From NCBI GenBank assembly GCA_963815115.1, contig CAWFFN010000007.1:96001-160000 (forward strand): DNA of 64,000 nt, read 5' to 3'. Within the stretch, counting starts at the first letter, position 1. Each line of letters opens with the position of its first letter. This document shows, one piece after another, positions 1 to 10,285 of the stretch. The translations under genes were made by a program, and so were the position numbers. Source of the DNA: an uncultured delta proteobacterium. GTDB taxonomy: Bacteria; Desulfobacterota; Binatia; DP-6. The notes under the pieces were generated by a model, which was given only the letters and a program-made list of their open reading frames with translations, had not been told where the DNA came from and made no database searches.

Positions 1-1
1 G

Positions 2-976
2 GTGACGGACGCCGAGCGGCCGGCGGCGGAGCCGCTGCCTGGCTTCCGGCCAGTGAAGCCGATGGTCTTCAGCGGGCTCTATCCCGCCGAGTCGGCGCAG
101 TACGACGCGCTCCGGGACGCGGTGGAGAAGCTCCGGCTGAACGATTCGTCGTTCAGCTACGAGCCCGAGACGTCGCTCGCGCTCGGCTTCGGCTTCCGCT
201 GCGGGTTCCTCGGCCTGCTCCACATGGAGATCATCCAGGAGCGCCTCGAGCGCGAGTTCGCCCTCTCCCTCATCACGACCGCCCCGACGGTCGCGTATCG
301 CGTCGTGCAGACCGATGGCACCGCGATCGTCATCGACAGCCCGGCGAAGCTGCCGCCGCCGATGCGCGTGGAGCACATCGAGGAGCCCTACATCAGGGCC
401 ACCATCCACCTGCCGATCGAGTACCTGGGCAACGTGCTCCAGCTCTGCCAGGACCGGCGCGGCGAGCAGAAGGAGCTCAAGATCATCGCGGAGACGCGGG
501 CCATGCTCACCTACGAGCTGCCGCTGACCGAGGTCGTGGTCGACTTCTACGACAAGCTCAAGTCCTTCACCAAGGGGTATGCCTCGATGGACTACGAGTA
601 CCTCGACTTCCGGCCCTCGAACCTGGTGAAGCTCGATCTGCTGATCAACGGCGACCCGGTGGACGCGATGGCGGTGATCGTCCACCGCGACAACGCCTAC
701 CTCCGCGGGCGGGACCTCTGCCAGCGGCTGCGCGGCTTGATCCCGCGGCAGATGTTCGAGGTGGTGATCCAGGCGTCGATCGGCGCGAAGGTGATCGCGC
801 GCGAGACGGTCAAGGCGATGCGCAAGAACGTGACGGCGAAGTGCTACGGCGGGGACATCACCCGCAAGCGCAAGCTCCTCGAACGTCAGAAGGAAGGCAA
901 GAAGCGCATGAAGCAGGTCGGGCGCGTCGAGATCCCGCAGGAGGCGTTCCTCGCGGTGCTGAAGGGTGGCGAGTGA
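2..976 (+). CDS. lepA: Elongation factor 4 (LepA), 5'-truncated by window edge
   Basis: [14 protein letters not shown] and C-terminal [30 protein letters not shown] motifs. Confidence 0.97.
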   Translation: MTDAERPAAEPLPGFRPVKPMVFSGLYPAESAQYDALRDAVEKLRLNDSSFSYEPETSLALGFGFRCGFLGLLHMEIIQERLEREFALSLITTAPTVAYRVVQTDGTAIVIDSPAKLPPPMRVEHIEEPYIRATIHLPIEYLGNVLQLCQDRRGEQKELKIIAETRAMLTYELPLTEVVVDFYDKLKSFTKGYASMDYEYLDFRPSNLVKLDLLINGDPVDAMAVIVHRDNAYLRGRDLCQRLRGLIPRQMFEVVIQASIGAKVIARETVKAMRKNVTAKCYGGDITRKRKLLERQKEGKKRMKQVGRVEIPQEAFLAVLKGGE

Positions 977-1003
977 AGCACCCCTCGTCTATGATCGAGG
1001 GCC

Positions 1004-1678
1004 ATGCCTGAGTCGGAGGCTCGGCGACGGGAGGCCGTCGCGGGCGTGCCCGCGACCCTGCCAAAGCGCAAGTCGCACCTTCGCGAGTACGTCGAGGCGC
1101 TCGCCGTCGCCCTCCTGCTCGCGCTCGGGATCCGGACCTTCGTGGTGCAGGCGTTCAAGATCCCCTCCGGCTCGATGCTGCCGACCCTCCAGATCGGCGA
1201 CCACATCCTGGTGAACAAGTTCCTCTACGGACCCCGTCTGGAGATCCCGCTGACCCAGATGTCGCTCGGGCGGCTGCCCGGGCTGCGCAAGCCGCGCCCC
1301 GGGGACGTGGTCGTGTTCATCTGGCCGAAGGACCGTTCCAAGGACTTCATCAAGCGGGTCATCGCGGTCGAGGGCCAGACGATCGAGGTGCGCAACCGCC
1401 AGGTCTTCATCGACGGCAAGCCGTGGGACGATCCCCACGCCACCTGGGTCATGCAGCGTGGTCTGGGCGGGGCGGCGGGCGACAACTACGGCCCTTACAC
1501 GGTGCCGGCGGACCACGTCTTCGTCATGGGGGACAACCGCGACCAGAGCTACGACTCGCGGTTCTGGGGTCCGGTGCCCATCGCGGACATCAAGGGCGAG
1601 GCGCTGGTGATCTACTGGTCCTGGGACGGCCCGGACCGGTGGGTGCGCTGGGAACGGCTCGGACGCCTGGTCTACTAG
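1004..1678 (+). CDS. lepB: Signal peptidase I
   Basis: IPSGSMLPTL (catalytic Ser), FIKRVIA (catalytic Lys), GDNRDQSYDSRFWG; directly after lepA. Confidence 0.96.
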   Translation: MPESEARRREAVAGVPATLPKRKSHLREYVEALAVALLLALGIRTFVVQAFKIPSGSMLPTLQIGDHILVNKFLYGPRLEIPLTQMSLGRLPGLRKPRPGDVVVFIWPKDRSKDFIKRVIAVEGQTIEVRNRQVFIDGKPWDDPHATWVMQRGLGGAAGDNYGPYTVPADHVFVMGDNRDQSYDSRFWGPVPIADIKGEALVIYWSWDGPDRWVRWERLGRLVY

Positions 1679-1686
1679 TAACGCGG

Positions 1687-2511
1687 ATGTCGGCGGCGCG
1701 GGACGAGTGGCAGGCGGTCGCGGAGGGCTGGCGTCGCTGGGAGCCGATGTTCCAGTCGTTCTCGTGGCCCCTGGCGCTGCGCATGGCGGCGGTGGCGGAG
1801 ATCGGCAGCGCGCAGCGGGTGCTCGACGTGGGCTGCGGCATCGGCGACCCGACGCTCCAGGTGGCCGTGCTCGTCGGGCCGCACGGTCGGGTGCTCGGGC
1901 TCGACATCGCAGAGGAGATGATCGCCATCGCGCGCGAGCGCGCGGCGGTCCTCGGCCTCACGCACGCCGAGTTCCGCGTCGAGGACGTCACCACCGCCGC
2001 GCTTCCCGAAGCCTCGTTCGATGCCGTCCTCGGTCGCTGGAGCCTCATCTACCTGGAGGACGTGCCGCGGGTGCTCGAACGCCTGCGCGGCTGCCTCGTC
2101 CCGGGTGGTCGTATCGCGGTGACGGCCTGGGCGCCCCCCGAGGTGAACCCGTGGTTCACCGTGCCCCATCAGGCGCTCGCACGGGTCCGCGCGACCCGTG
2201 TGCCCGACCCGAGCGTCCCCGGCGTGTTCCACCTCTCGAGCGACGGCGCGCTGGCGCGCGCGCTCGTCGGCGCCGGCTTCCAAACCGTCGGCCAGGAGCG
2301 GGTCGTGCTCTCGCAGCTGGCGTACGATGGCGCCGGGTTCTGGCGCATGATGACCGACACCGCCGGACCGCTGGCCCCGCTCATCGAAGGCCTCGCGCCG
2401 GCCGAGCGCGAGGCGGTCGCGGCGGACGTCGCGGGACGCCTCGAGCGCTACCGGGCCGGGGACGTGCTGCGGATTCCCGCCCAGGCGCAGCTCGCGTGGG
2501 GCAGGGCGTAA
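1687..2511 (+). CDS. Class I SAM-dependent methyltransferase (UbiE-like)
   Basis: VLDVGCGIG motif I, GLDIAEEM, FDAV; ATG at 1687 inside ORF 1423..2511. Confidence 0.85.
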   Translation: MSAARDEWQAVAEGWRRWEPMFQSFSWPLALRMAAVAEIGSAQRVLDVGCGIGDPTLQVAVLVGPHGRVLGLDIAEEMIAIARERAAVLGLTHAEFRVEDVTTAALPEASFDAVLGRWSLIYLEDVPRVLERLRGCLVPGGRIAVTAWAPPEVNPWFTVPHQALARVRATRVPDPSVPGVFHLSSDGALARALVGAGFQTVGQERVVLSQLAYDGAGFWRMMTDTAGPLAPLIEGLAPAEREAVAADVAGRLERYRAGDVLRIPAQAQLAWGRA

Positions 2512-2527
2512 CCGGCGTCCGGGCCGA

Positions 2528-2935
2528 TCAGGGCACCAGCTCGAGCGCCGCGACGTGGCGCGGGCGCACCGCGCCGAAATGCCGCCGATCGGTGGTGGCC
2601 ACGACCCGCACGCGGAGCCGCTCGCTCACGGCCACCAGCGATGCGTCGACGAACCCGATCTGGGGGTACTCGTCGAGCAGGACCCGACACCGCTCGACGT
2701 CGCTCCCCGTGACCTGCTCGAGGCCGATCTCACCCGCGGCGAGCGAGGCGACGAACAGGCGTTCGGCGTCCGGTCCGAGTCGGGCGGCCAGCAGATAGGT
2801 CACCTCGGGCACCACGGTGATCGGGGCGATGAGCGGTTCGGACGTCCTCTCGAGCCAGGTGCGGACGCGCGCGTGCCACGCATCTCCCGCGTCGGCGGCA
2901 GCGTACAGGATCCCCGTGTCGACGATGACCGGCAT
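2528..2935 (-). CDS. vapC: PIN-domain VapC-type toxin
   Basis: VIVDTGILYA...VVPEV...FVDASLVA...TTDRRHF acidic PIN motifs; start overlaps antitoxin stop. Confidence 0.88.
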   Translation of the reverse strand: MPVIVDTGILYAAADAGDAWHARVRTWLERTSEPLIAPITVVPEVTYLLAARLGPDAERLFVASLAAGEIGLEQVTGSDVERCRVLLDEYPQIGFVDASLVAVSERLRVRVVATTDRRHFGAVRPRHVAALELVP

Positions 2936-3231
2936 CAGCGCCGGCGCCTTGCCGTGGCCGCGACCGCCTTGACCCGCGTGCGGGCGCGCGGGCCGGGCGT
3001 GGGCTCCGGGCTGGCGAAGAGCAGCTCCTCGTGGCGCTCGGCGGTATCGCCGTGGCCGCTGCGCCCAACCGCGACGAAGCGCAGCGGACGGCGCGCCGTC
3101 GCCTTCTGCCGTGCTACGTAGTCGGTGATCGCCTCCCGGATCATGTCGGCGACGGGGCGACGCTGCTGGCGCGCGAGCGCCTTCAAGTCGCATTCGGTCG
3201 CTTCGTGCAGGAAGACCGTCGTGCGCTTCAT
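2935..3231 (-). CDS. Ribbon-helix-helix (CopG-like) antitoxin
   Basis: MKRTTVFL...LKALARQQRRPVADMIREAITDY, upstream of and coupled to the PIN gene. Confidence 0.85.
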   Translation of the reverse strand: MKRTTVFLHEATECDLKALARQQRRPVADMIREAITDYVARQKATARRPLRFVAVGRSGHGDTAERHEELLFASPEPTPGPRARTRVKAVAATARRRR

Positions 3232-3233
3232 AT

Positions 3234-3253
3234 GACGTATGCTAGCATACGTC
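3234..3253. promoter_or_regulatory. Perfect 20-bp palindrome GACGTATGCTAGCATACGTC; probable TA operator overlapping a TAGCAT -10 box
   Basis: Perfect palindrome 2 nt upstream of the antitoxin ATG; RHH antitoxins typically autoregulate at such sites. Confidence 0.7.
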
Positions 3254-3295
3254 CCGCGTGAGTCCAGGACCAGGCGGCGGACGGCCCCGTAGCGA

Positions 3296-4798
3296 TCACG
3301 CCGGATCGAACGTCGTGATCCCGTCGGTGGTCGTTACCCGTCCGCGGCGTCCGACCTGCTCGTCGCGCTCCGCCGCTTCCAGCAGCGCCCGGTCGCTCGG
3401 CAGCTTCGCGACGAAGCGCTCGCCGTCGTCGAGCAGACCGATCGCCACGCCGCGCTCCGCGGCGCCATCGCGACCGTGGACCACCGTGTAGGTTTCCAGC
3501 CGACCGGTCCCGCTGGGCTCCGGCACGACCGCAGGATGCGACTGCTCGGCGACCGACGCCCGGATGGCGCTCGTGTCCACGCGCTGCCATCCGCGCGGCG
3601 GCGGCTGGCGGCCGTAGATCGCGAGCGCGTGCTTGGTGAAGTTCCAGCCCAGCGCGTGCACCAGACCCAAGCCGTCACGGTCGTGGCGCAGCCGGTCCAC
3701 GATCGCGGCGATGGCGTGGGTCGCGTAGTCGTTTCCGGGACCGCCGAACCAGGGCAGAGCGCCCGTCACCGTGAGTGGCCGGGCCGTCGCCGGATCGAGA
3801 CCCAGCATCGCCGCCGACAGCCGGGGTGCGATCGGGAAGCAGCCGTAGAGGTCGAGGTGGCCGATGCGCTCGAGGTCGAGGTCGACGCTCGCCAGCAGCG
3901 CGGCGGCGCCGCGCCGCATGCCGGGGAGCTCGTGGAAGCTCGCCCGGTCGGAGAGGAACCACAGCTCGGCGACGTCGACCCCGGCCCAGGGATAGACGAA
4001 GCGATCCGCCGCCACACCGAGCCGGCGGGCGGCGGCGTCACTGGCGAGGAGGAGCGCGGCGCCCTGGTTCACCTCCATGATCGCGTTCAGGTACTTGGGG
4101 TACGGGAACGCCACCATGCGGTTGGCGGGGGCCACGGTGGTGAGCGTTGCCGCGTCCTTCGCGTCGCGGAACCACGCGTAGGGATTGCCGGCTGCGATGC
4201 GGGCGCAACGCTCGGCGAAGGCGCCCAGCTCGGCCCGCTGCCCGGCGAGCGACTGTCCGCGCGCCGCACGGAAGGCGTTCTCGAACAGCGCGAAGCTGAC
4301 GTACGCCTCGCGCGCACCGTGGCGCGACTCGACGTCGGTGACGCCGGGGCGCGTCTCGCCCCAGCGCGCCACGGCGGCTGCCGACGGCGGCGTCCACGGG
4401 CTCGGGAGGCCGGCTTTGCCGAGCGCGCGCATCGTGTGCACGGCCTCGCCACCCGCGAGCAGCGCCACCTCGATCCGTCCGGCGGCGACCTCGTCGCACA
4501 GGTGCGAGAGCAACGACTGGGGCGTGTTGCCGCCCCAGGTGCTGAGAATGGTGCGGCGCGGCCCGATGCCGAGTCGGCCGGCCAGCATGCGTGCCGTGTC
4601 CCCGTAGTCGTGGAAGACGTTGGTCACGACGGCGACGGTGTCGACGGCAGCCAGCAGCGGCACGCCAGCACCCGCGTCGTCGCACGCACGCCGGGCGGCG
4701 GTCTCCATGAGCGCGAGCGGTTCGAGCCCCTGGCGCGGATCGTCCGGGCGGTCCGTGATCTGGCCCGCACCGACGAGGACGGGGAGTGGTCGACTCAT
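3296..4798 (-). CDS. Thiolase-like (acetyl-CoA acetyltransferase family) protein with C-terminal extra domain
   Basis: PVLVGAGQ, GGNTPQSL, DLYGCFP, LTVTGALPWFGGPGNDY, ETYTVVH motifs. Confidence 0.8.
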   Translation of the reverse strand: MSRPLPVLVGAGQITDRPDDPRQGLEPLALMETAARRACDDAGAGVPLLAAVDTVAVVTNVFHDYGDTARMLAGRLGIGPRRTILSTWGGNTPQSLLSHLCDEVAAGRIEVALLAGGEAVHTMRALGKAGLPSPWTPPSAAAVARWGETRPGVTDVESRHGAREAYVSFALFENAFRAARGQSLAGQRAELGAFAERCARIAAGNPYAWFRDAKDAATLTTVAPANRMVAFPYPKYLNAIMEVNQGAALLLASDAAARRLGVAADRFVYPWAGVDVAELWFLSDRASFHELPGMRRGAAALLASVDLDLERIGHLDLYGCFPIAPRLSAAMLGLDPATARPLTVTGALPWFGGPGNDYATHAIAAIVDRLRHDRDGLGLVHALGWNFTKHALAIYGRQPPPRGWQRVDTSAIRASVAEQSHPAVVPEPSGTGRLETYTVVHGRDGAAERGVAIGLLDDGERFVAKLPSDRALLEAAERDEQVGRRGRVTTTDGITTFDPA

Positions 4799-4852
4799 GG
4801 GAGTGGGGGCGACTCCTTGACAGCGCCCGGAGCGGCGTCGAAAGTCATTCCC

Positions 4853-5851
4853 ATGCCGCACGCTTCCGGGTCAAACGGCTCCGCATCCTCGCCGCTCCGC
4901 ACGCCCCTCTGCGACCTCTTCGGCATCGACGTGCCGATCTGCCTCGCCGGGATGGGGGGCGTCTCGATGGCGCCGCTCGTGGCCGCGGTGTCCAACGCGG
5001 GAGGGCTCGGCATCATGGGCGCCGCGAACCTCGCCCCCGACGGCCTGCGCCAGGAGATCCGCCGGACGCGCGAGCTGACCAGCCGGCCATTCGCGGTCGA
5101 TCTGCTCGCCCCGATCCCCGAGATGATCGAGCCCTACATCCCGGTGCTGTTCGAGGAGGAGGTGCGCATCTTCGTCGCCGGGCTCGCCGTGCCCGAGAAG
5201 CACGTCGCCGAGATGAAGCGGCACGGCATGAAGATCATGGTGATGACGGGCAAGGTGCAGCACGCGGTTCGCGCCGAGGCGGCAGGCGCCGACGTGGTCG
5301 CCGCGCAGGGCACCGAGGCCGGCGGCCACACGGGCGAGATCGGCACCCTCGCGCTCGTTCCGCAGGTGGTCGACGCGGTGAGGATCCCCGTCGTCGCGGC
5401 GGGCGGCATCACGGACGGCCGCGGCGTGATCGCCGCCCTCGCCCTCGGTGCGCAGGGTGCCGTCATCGGCACGCGGTTCATCGCCACGCCCGAGGCGACG
5501 GCCGCGCGGCAGTACCGCGAGGCGCTGGTGCGGGCGAAGCAGGACGAGACGGTGCGGACGCGGTGCTACTCGGGCAAGCCGCTCCGCACGCTGAAGAATC
5601 CCTACGTCGCCGAGTACGAGGCCGACCCCTCGAAGATCAAGCGCTTTCCCGAGCAGCTGGCGATCTCGAGCGCGCGCCAGGTGATGGCCTACTGGAATCC
5701 GGAGGCCGATCCCGAGCGCACCTGCATGCCGGCGGGCCAGGGCATCGGGAGCTTTCGCGAGATCCGGCCCGCCGGGGACATCCTGCGCGACATCGTCGCC
5801 CAGGCGGAGGACATCCTTCGCCGCGGGCTCGTCCGGCACGCGCCGGCCTGA
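4853..5851 (+). CDS. Nitronate monooxygenase / FabK-like flavoprotein
   Basis: PICLAGMGG, VSNAGGLG, QGTEAGGHTG, VAAGGITDGRG, GTRF. Confidence 0.88.
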   Translation: MPHASGSNGSASSPLRTPLCDLFGIDVPICLAGMGGVSMAPLVAAVSNAGGLGIMGAANLAPDGLRQEIRRTRELTSRPFAVDLLAPIPEMIEPYIPVLFEEEVRIFVAGLAVPEKHVAEMKRHGMKIMVMTGKVQHAVRAEAAGADVVAAQGTEAGGHTGEIGTLALVPQVVDAVRIPVVAAGGITDGRGVIAALALGAQGAVIGTRFIATPEATAARQYREALVRAKQDETVRTRCYSGKPLRTLKNPYVAEYEADPSKIKRFPEQLAISSARQVMAYWNPEADPERTCMPAGQGIGSFREIRPAGDILRDIVAQAEDILRRGLVRHAPA

Positions 5852-5868
5852 CCCCGGCGCGGTCTCCA

Positions 5869-6984
5869 TCAGCGCCGTTCGACGACCCGCGCGGGGGGCG
5901 TGGGCTCCACCACGACGATGTCCCGCCCGGCGTACAGCTCCCGGTAGATGTCGATGAACGAGAGCAGCGTGGCGAGGATCACCGGCGCCAGGAAGATCCC
6001 GAGGAAGCCGTAGACGCTCATCCCGCCCAGGATGGCGAACAGCAGCAGGAAGGTCGGCAGGCGGGCGCGGCCGCCGATGAAGAGCGGACGGATGATGTTG
6101 TCGACCATGCTGATGACGAGCGTTCCCCAGAGGGCCAGGAGCACGCCGCGGACGACGCTGCCGGTGACCAGGAGGTAGACGGCGGCGGGCACCCACACGA
6201 ACGCGCCGCCGAACGGCGGCAGGAAGGACGCGATCGCGGTGAGAAAGCCGAGGAAGACGCTGAAGGGCAGGGCGCCGATCGCCCAGTAGCCGAAGCCGCC
6301 GAGGATCCCCTGGGCAACCGCGTTCACGACCATGCTCTGCACCACCGCGGTGAGCGTGTCGTAGACGCGCGCGAAGACCTCGTGCTTGTGGTCCGCGTCC
6401 ATCGGCAGCAGGTCGCGGATCACGGTCGACATGCGGTCGCCGTCGCGAAAGAAGAAGAAGAGCGCGAGCAGCATGAGCACGCCGCTCACCACGCTCTCGA
6501 GGATGTTGCGGGCGAACGCGCCGGTCTGGGCGGCGACATACTGTGAGGTATAGCTGGTCGCGCCCAGCACGAGCTGCGACAGGTCGATGTTGAGCGAGTC
6601 GATGATGGGCGATGCGAGGCGATCGACCAGCAGGCCGGGGCGAGAGGTCCGCAGCTGGTCGACGAGCCGGGCGAGCTCGCCCGTCTGCACCATCTCCTTG
6701 GCGCGGTCGTAGGCACCGGCGGCCTCGCTCACCAGCAGGGACCCGAGCATGATCGACGGCACCACCGCGACGATCAGGACGCCGAGGACCAGCACCGACG
6801 CGGCGAGCGCCCGCGATCCCCGGAACAGACGGACGAGCCACGTCGTCAGGGGGTAGAAGGTGAGCGCGAGGATGGCGGCCCAGCTGAGGGGCCGCAAGAA
6901 CGGCGAGAGGAAGAGGAAGAACTGATAGAGCAGCAGGCCGAGGACGACGAAGAAGAAGGCCGCGAAGAGCCGCTCGCGCGACAC
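5869..6984 (-). CDS. AI-2E family (PerM/YdiK-like) membrane transporter
   Basis: Multi-TM protein with MVDNIIRP and FGFLGIFLAP-like motifs. Confidence 0.88.
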   Translation of the reverse strand: MSRERLFAAFFFVVLGLLLYQFFLFLSPFLRPLSWAAILALTFYPLTTWLVRLFRGSRALAASVLVLGVLIVAVVPSIMLGSLLVSEAAGAYDRAKEMVQTGELARLVDQLRTSRPGLLVDRLASPIIDSLNIDLSQLVLGATSYTSQYVAAQTGAFARNILESVVSGVLMLLALFFFFRDGDRMSTVIRDLLPMDADHKHEVFARVYDTLTAVVQSMVVNAVAQGILGGFGYWAIGALPFSVFLGFLTAIASFLPPFGGAFVWVPAAVYLLVTGSVVRGVLLALWGTLVISMVDNIIRPLFIGGRARLPTFLLLFAILGGMSVYGFLGIFLAPVILATLLSFIDIYRELYAGRDIVVVEPTPPARVVERR

Positions 6985-7030
6985 GCGCGGACTGTAGCGG
7001 CGCGGCGTGCCCGGTACAAGCGCTCTCGCC

Positions 7031-7059
7031 TTGACAGGTCACGCGCGCGTTGCTACGAA
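7031..7059 (+). promoter_or_regulatory. Putative sigma70 promoter for tRNA-Val/thrS
   Basis: TTGACA-17 nt-TACGAA upstream of the tRNA; -10 element is imperfect. Confidence 0.45.
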
Positions 7060-7084
7060 ATGCCCCCTTATCGAGCACTTACGC

Positions 7085-7157
7085 AGGCACGTAGCTCAGT
7101 GGCTAGAGCGCTTCCTTGACACGGAAGAGGCCGGCGGTTCAATCCCGCCCGTGCCTA
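7085..7157 (+). tRNA. tRNA-Val (GAC), CCA not encoded
   Basis: Acceptor AGGCACG/CGTGCCT, TAGCTCAGTGG D-arm, CTTCC-TTGACAC-GGAAG anticodon arm, GGTTCAATCC T-loop. Confidence 0.95.
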
Positions 7158-7206
7158 CTGCCCACGTTCGCCCAAGACCAGCCCAGTCGGTCACCGTGTA
7201 GTCCGG

Positions 7207-9159
7207 ATGGCCGAGATCGTCGTGACCTTCGCCGACGGGGCGCAGGAGCGTCTGCCCGCAGGGATCACCGCCGGCGATGCGTTGCGCCTGCACGCCGAGC
7301 GCAACGGAGCCGGACGCAAGGAGGTGCGGCGTGCAGTCGCCGCACGCGTCGAGAGCGCCGACGCCGACGGCGCACGCGTGGTGGACATGAGCCGTCCGCT
7401 CACCGCCGATTGCCGGGTCACGTCGGTGGCGCCCGACTCGCCGGACGGACTCGACGTCCTGCGCCACTCGTGCGCCCATCTGATGGCCCAGGCGGTACAG
7501 CGCCTGTTCCCGGGGACCGAGATCACGATCGGCCCGGTGATCGAGCACGGCTTCTACTACGACTTCAAGCGACCCGAGGGTTTCACGCCGGACGATCTGC
7601 AACGCATCGAGGAGGTCATGCGCGCCATCGTGGCCGAGAACCTCCCGGTGAGCCGCGAGGAGCTCCCGCGCGACGACGCGGTCCGGCTCTTCGAGGGCAT
7701 GGGCGAGCACTACAAGGTGGAGATCATCCGCGGCATCCCCGAGGATGTCGTGTCGCTCTATCGCCAGGGCGAGTTCGTCGACCTGTGCCGCGGTCCGCAC
7801 GTGCCATCGACCGGACACGTCGCCGCCTTCCGGCTCACCAGCGTCGCGGGAGCCTACTGGCGCGGGGACAGCCGCAACGAGATGCTCCAGCGCATCTACG
7901 GCACGGCGTGGGCCACCCAGAAGGAGCTCGATGCGCATCTCAAGCGCATCGAGGAGGCCAAGCAGCGCGACCACCGCCGGCTCGGCCAGCAGCTCGACCT
8001 CTTCTCCCTCCATCCCGTCGCCCCGGGATCGCCCTTCTTCCATCCGAAGGGCGCCATCGTCTACAACACGCTGGTCGCGTACATCCGCAGCCTCTACCGG
8101 CGCTACGGGTACGCCGAGGTGATCACGCCGCTGATCTACAAGACCGACCTGTGGAAGACCTCCGGGCACTACGAGGCGTTCCACGACGACATGTTCCTCA
8201 TGACGCTCGACGAGGACGAGTACGGCGTGAAGCCGATGAACTGCCCGGGGCACTGCTACCTCTACGCCACGCGCAAGCACTCGTATCGCGATCTCCCGCT
8301 GCGCTACGCCGACTTCAGCCGGTTGCACCGATTCGAGCCCTCCGGCACGCTCGCCGGCCTCACGCGGGTCCGCTCGATGGCGCAGGACGACGCTCACATC
8401 TACTGCACGCCGGAGCAGCTCGACGGCGAGCTGGCGTCCTTCATCGCCATGACACGCGAGGTCTACGAGGCGTTCGGCTTCGATCGCGTCGAGGTCACGC
8501 TGCAGACCCGGCCGGAGAAGTTCCTCGGCCGCCCGGAACGATGGGACGCGGCCGAGGCAGCGCTCGAGCGCGCGGTGCGCGGCGCCGGCTACGAGGTCAC
8601 CGTGCTGCCGGGCGAGGGCGCGTTCTACGGGCCCAAGATCGGCTTCGATTTCCGCGACGTCCTCGAGCGCTCGTGGACGCTCGCCACCGTGCAGATCGAC
8701 TGCGCCATGCCCGAGCGCTTCGACCTCCAGTACGTCACGCCCGAGGGTACCGACGCCACACCCGTGATGATCCATCGCGCGGTGCTGGGCTCGCTCGAGC
8801 GCTTCATCGCCATCCTGCTCGAGCACACGGCCGGCAAGCTGCCGCTGTGGCTCGCGCCCGTCCAGGTGCGGGTGCTGCCGGTCAGCGAGAAGGTCGAGCA
8901 GTATGCCCGCCGGGTGGAGCAGGCGTGCCTCGCCGCGGGTCTCCGGGCGGAGGCCGATCTGCGCAACGAGAAGCTGAGCTACAAGATCCGCGAGGCGCAG
9001 CTCGAGAAGATCCCGGTGCTGGCCGTCGTCGGTGAGCGAGAGGCGGCCGATGGCACGGTCGCGCCCCGCGTCGGCGGCGAGAACCGCGCCGGCGAGACCC
9101 TCGACGCCTTCCTCGCCCAGGTCACGCGCGACGCCCGAATGCCAGGAGGTGCCTTATAG
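7207..9159 (+). CDS. thrS: Threonine-tRNA ligase
   Basis: RHSCAHLMA, DLCRGPHV, KPMNCPGH, GAFYGPKI, MIHRAVLGSLERF. Confidence 0.98.
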   Translation: MAEIVVTFADGAQERLPAGITAGDALRLHAERNGAGRKEVRRAVAARVESADADGARVVDMSRPLTADCRVTSVAPDSPDGLDVLRHSCAHLMAQAVQRLFPGTEITIGPVIEHGFYYDFKRPEGFTPDDLQRIEEVMRAIVAENLPVSREELPRDDAVRLFEGMGEHYKVEIIRGIPEDVVSLYRQGEFVDLCRGPHVPSTGHVAAFRLTSVAGAYWRGDSRNEMLQRIYGTAWATQKELDAHLKRIEEAKQRDHRRLGQQLDLFSLHPVAPGSPFFHPKGAIVYNTLVAYIRSLYRRYGYAEVITPLIYKTDLWKTSGHYEAFHDDMFLMTLDEDEYGVKPMNCPGHCYLYATRKHSYRDLPLRYADFSRLHRFEPSGTLAGLTRVRSMAQDDAHIYCTPEQLDGELASFIAMTREVYEAFGFDRVEVTLQTRPEKFLGRPERWDAAEAALERAVRGAGYEVTVLPGEGAFYGPKIGFDFRDVLERSWTLATVQIDCAMPERFDLQYVTPEGTDATPVMIHRAVLGSLERFIAILLEHTAGKLPLWLAPVQVRVLPVSEKVEQYARRVEQACLAAGLRAEADLRNEKLSYKIREAQLEKIPVLAVVGEREAADGTVAPRVGGENRAGETLDAFLAQVTRDARMPGGAL

Positions 9160-9671
9160 CGAAGGTCGAGGAGAGAGTCCGAATCAACCAGCAGATCCGC
9201 GCCCGCGAGATCCGCGTGATCGACAGCGACGGGGCGCAGCTCGGCGTGATGGCGACGTCCGATGCCCAGCGCATCGCCGATCAGAAGGAGCTCGACCTGG
9301 TCGAGGTCGCGCCCACCGCGAACCCGCCCGTGTGCCGGATCATGGACTACGGGAAGTTCAAGTACGCCGAGAAGAAGAAGGCGCAGCAATCGCGCAAGAA
9401 GAACGCCGCCAGCCAGCTGAAGGAAGTGAAGCTCGGATCGCAGACCAGCGGACATGACGTCGATTTCAAGGTCGGTCACATTCGCGACTTCCTCGGCGAG
9501 GGACACCGCGTGAAGGTCACCATCTTCTTCCGGGGCCGCTCGATCACGCACCCGGAGCTGGGTCGCGCCATGCTGGATCGCATCGCCGGGAAGGTGGCCG
9601 ACGTCGCCCAGGTCGAGCAGAACGCGCGGATGGAGGGTCGGCAGATGTCCATGATGCTGGTAGGCAAGTAG
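9156..9671 (+). CDS. infC: Translation initiation factor IF-3, non-canonical ATA start
   Basis: GGAGGT at 9145-9150, then in-frame ATA at 9156 giving (M)AKVEERVRINQQIRAREIRVID; LDLVEVAP...PPVCRIMDYGKF. Confidence 0.93.
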   Translation: MAKVEERVRINQQIRAREIRVIDSDGAQLGVMATSDAQRIADQKELDLVEVAPTANPPVCRIMDYGKFKYAEKKKAQQSRKKNAASQLKEVKLGSQTSGHDVDFKVGHIRDFLGEGHRVKVTIFFRGRSITHPELGRAMLDRIAGKVADVAQVEQNARMEGRQMSMMLVGK

Positions 9672-9688
9672 AGAGAGGAAGTGCACCC

Positions 9689-9886
9689 ATGCCCAAGATG
9701 AAGACCAACCGCGCGGCGGCCAAGCGCTTCACCTTCACCGCCACCGGCAAGGTGAAGCGGCGTCGCGGCTATCTGCGCCACATCAACACCCACATGACCA
9801 CCAAGCGGAAGCGCCACCTGCGCCAGCCCGCGCTCGTCGACAAGGCCGACGAGAAGCACATCAAGCGCCTGCTGCCGTACGGCTGA
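9689..9886 (+). CDS. rpmI: 50S ribosomal protein L35
   Basis: MPKMKTNRAAAKRF, 65 aa, conserved position after infC. Confidence 0.97.
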   Translation: MPKMKTNRAAAKRFTFTATGKVKRRRGYLRHINTHMTTKRKRHLRQPALVDKADEKHIKRLLPYG

Positions 9887-9919
9887 CCGCGGCCGTCGCA
9901 GGTTCCCGAAGGAGACGCC

Positions 9920-10285
9920 ATGCCACGCGCCAAGGGTGGGCCAAAGACGCGCCGCCGGCACAAGAAGATCATGAAGGCCGCGAAGGGGTACGTCGGCGGC
10001 CGCCGGAAGACCTACCGCCAGGCTCGCGAGACCGTCGAGCGCGGCCTCACCTACGCCTATCGCGACCGCAAGCAGCGCAAGCGCGACTTCCGCGGCCTGT
10101 GGATCACACGCATCAACGCGGCGGCGCGACAGCACGGCCTGTCCTACAGCCGTCTCGTCGCCGGCCTGAAGGCCGCGGGCGTCACGGTGGACCGCAAGAT
10201 CCTCGCGGCCCTGGCGCTCGACGACGCGCGGGCGTTCGGGGAGCTCGCCGGCCTGGCCAAGACCCACCTTCCGGCGACGGCGTAG
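9920..10285 (+). CDS. rplT: 50S ribosomal protein L20
   Basis: [26 protein letters not shown]. Confidence 0.98.
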   Translation: MPRAKGGPKTRRRHKKIMKAAKGYVGGRRKTYRQARETVERGLTYAYRDRKQRKRDFRGLWITRINAAARQHGLSYSRLVAGLKAAGVTVDRKILAALALDDARAFGELAGLAKTHLPATA

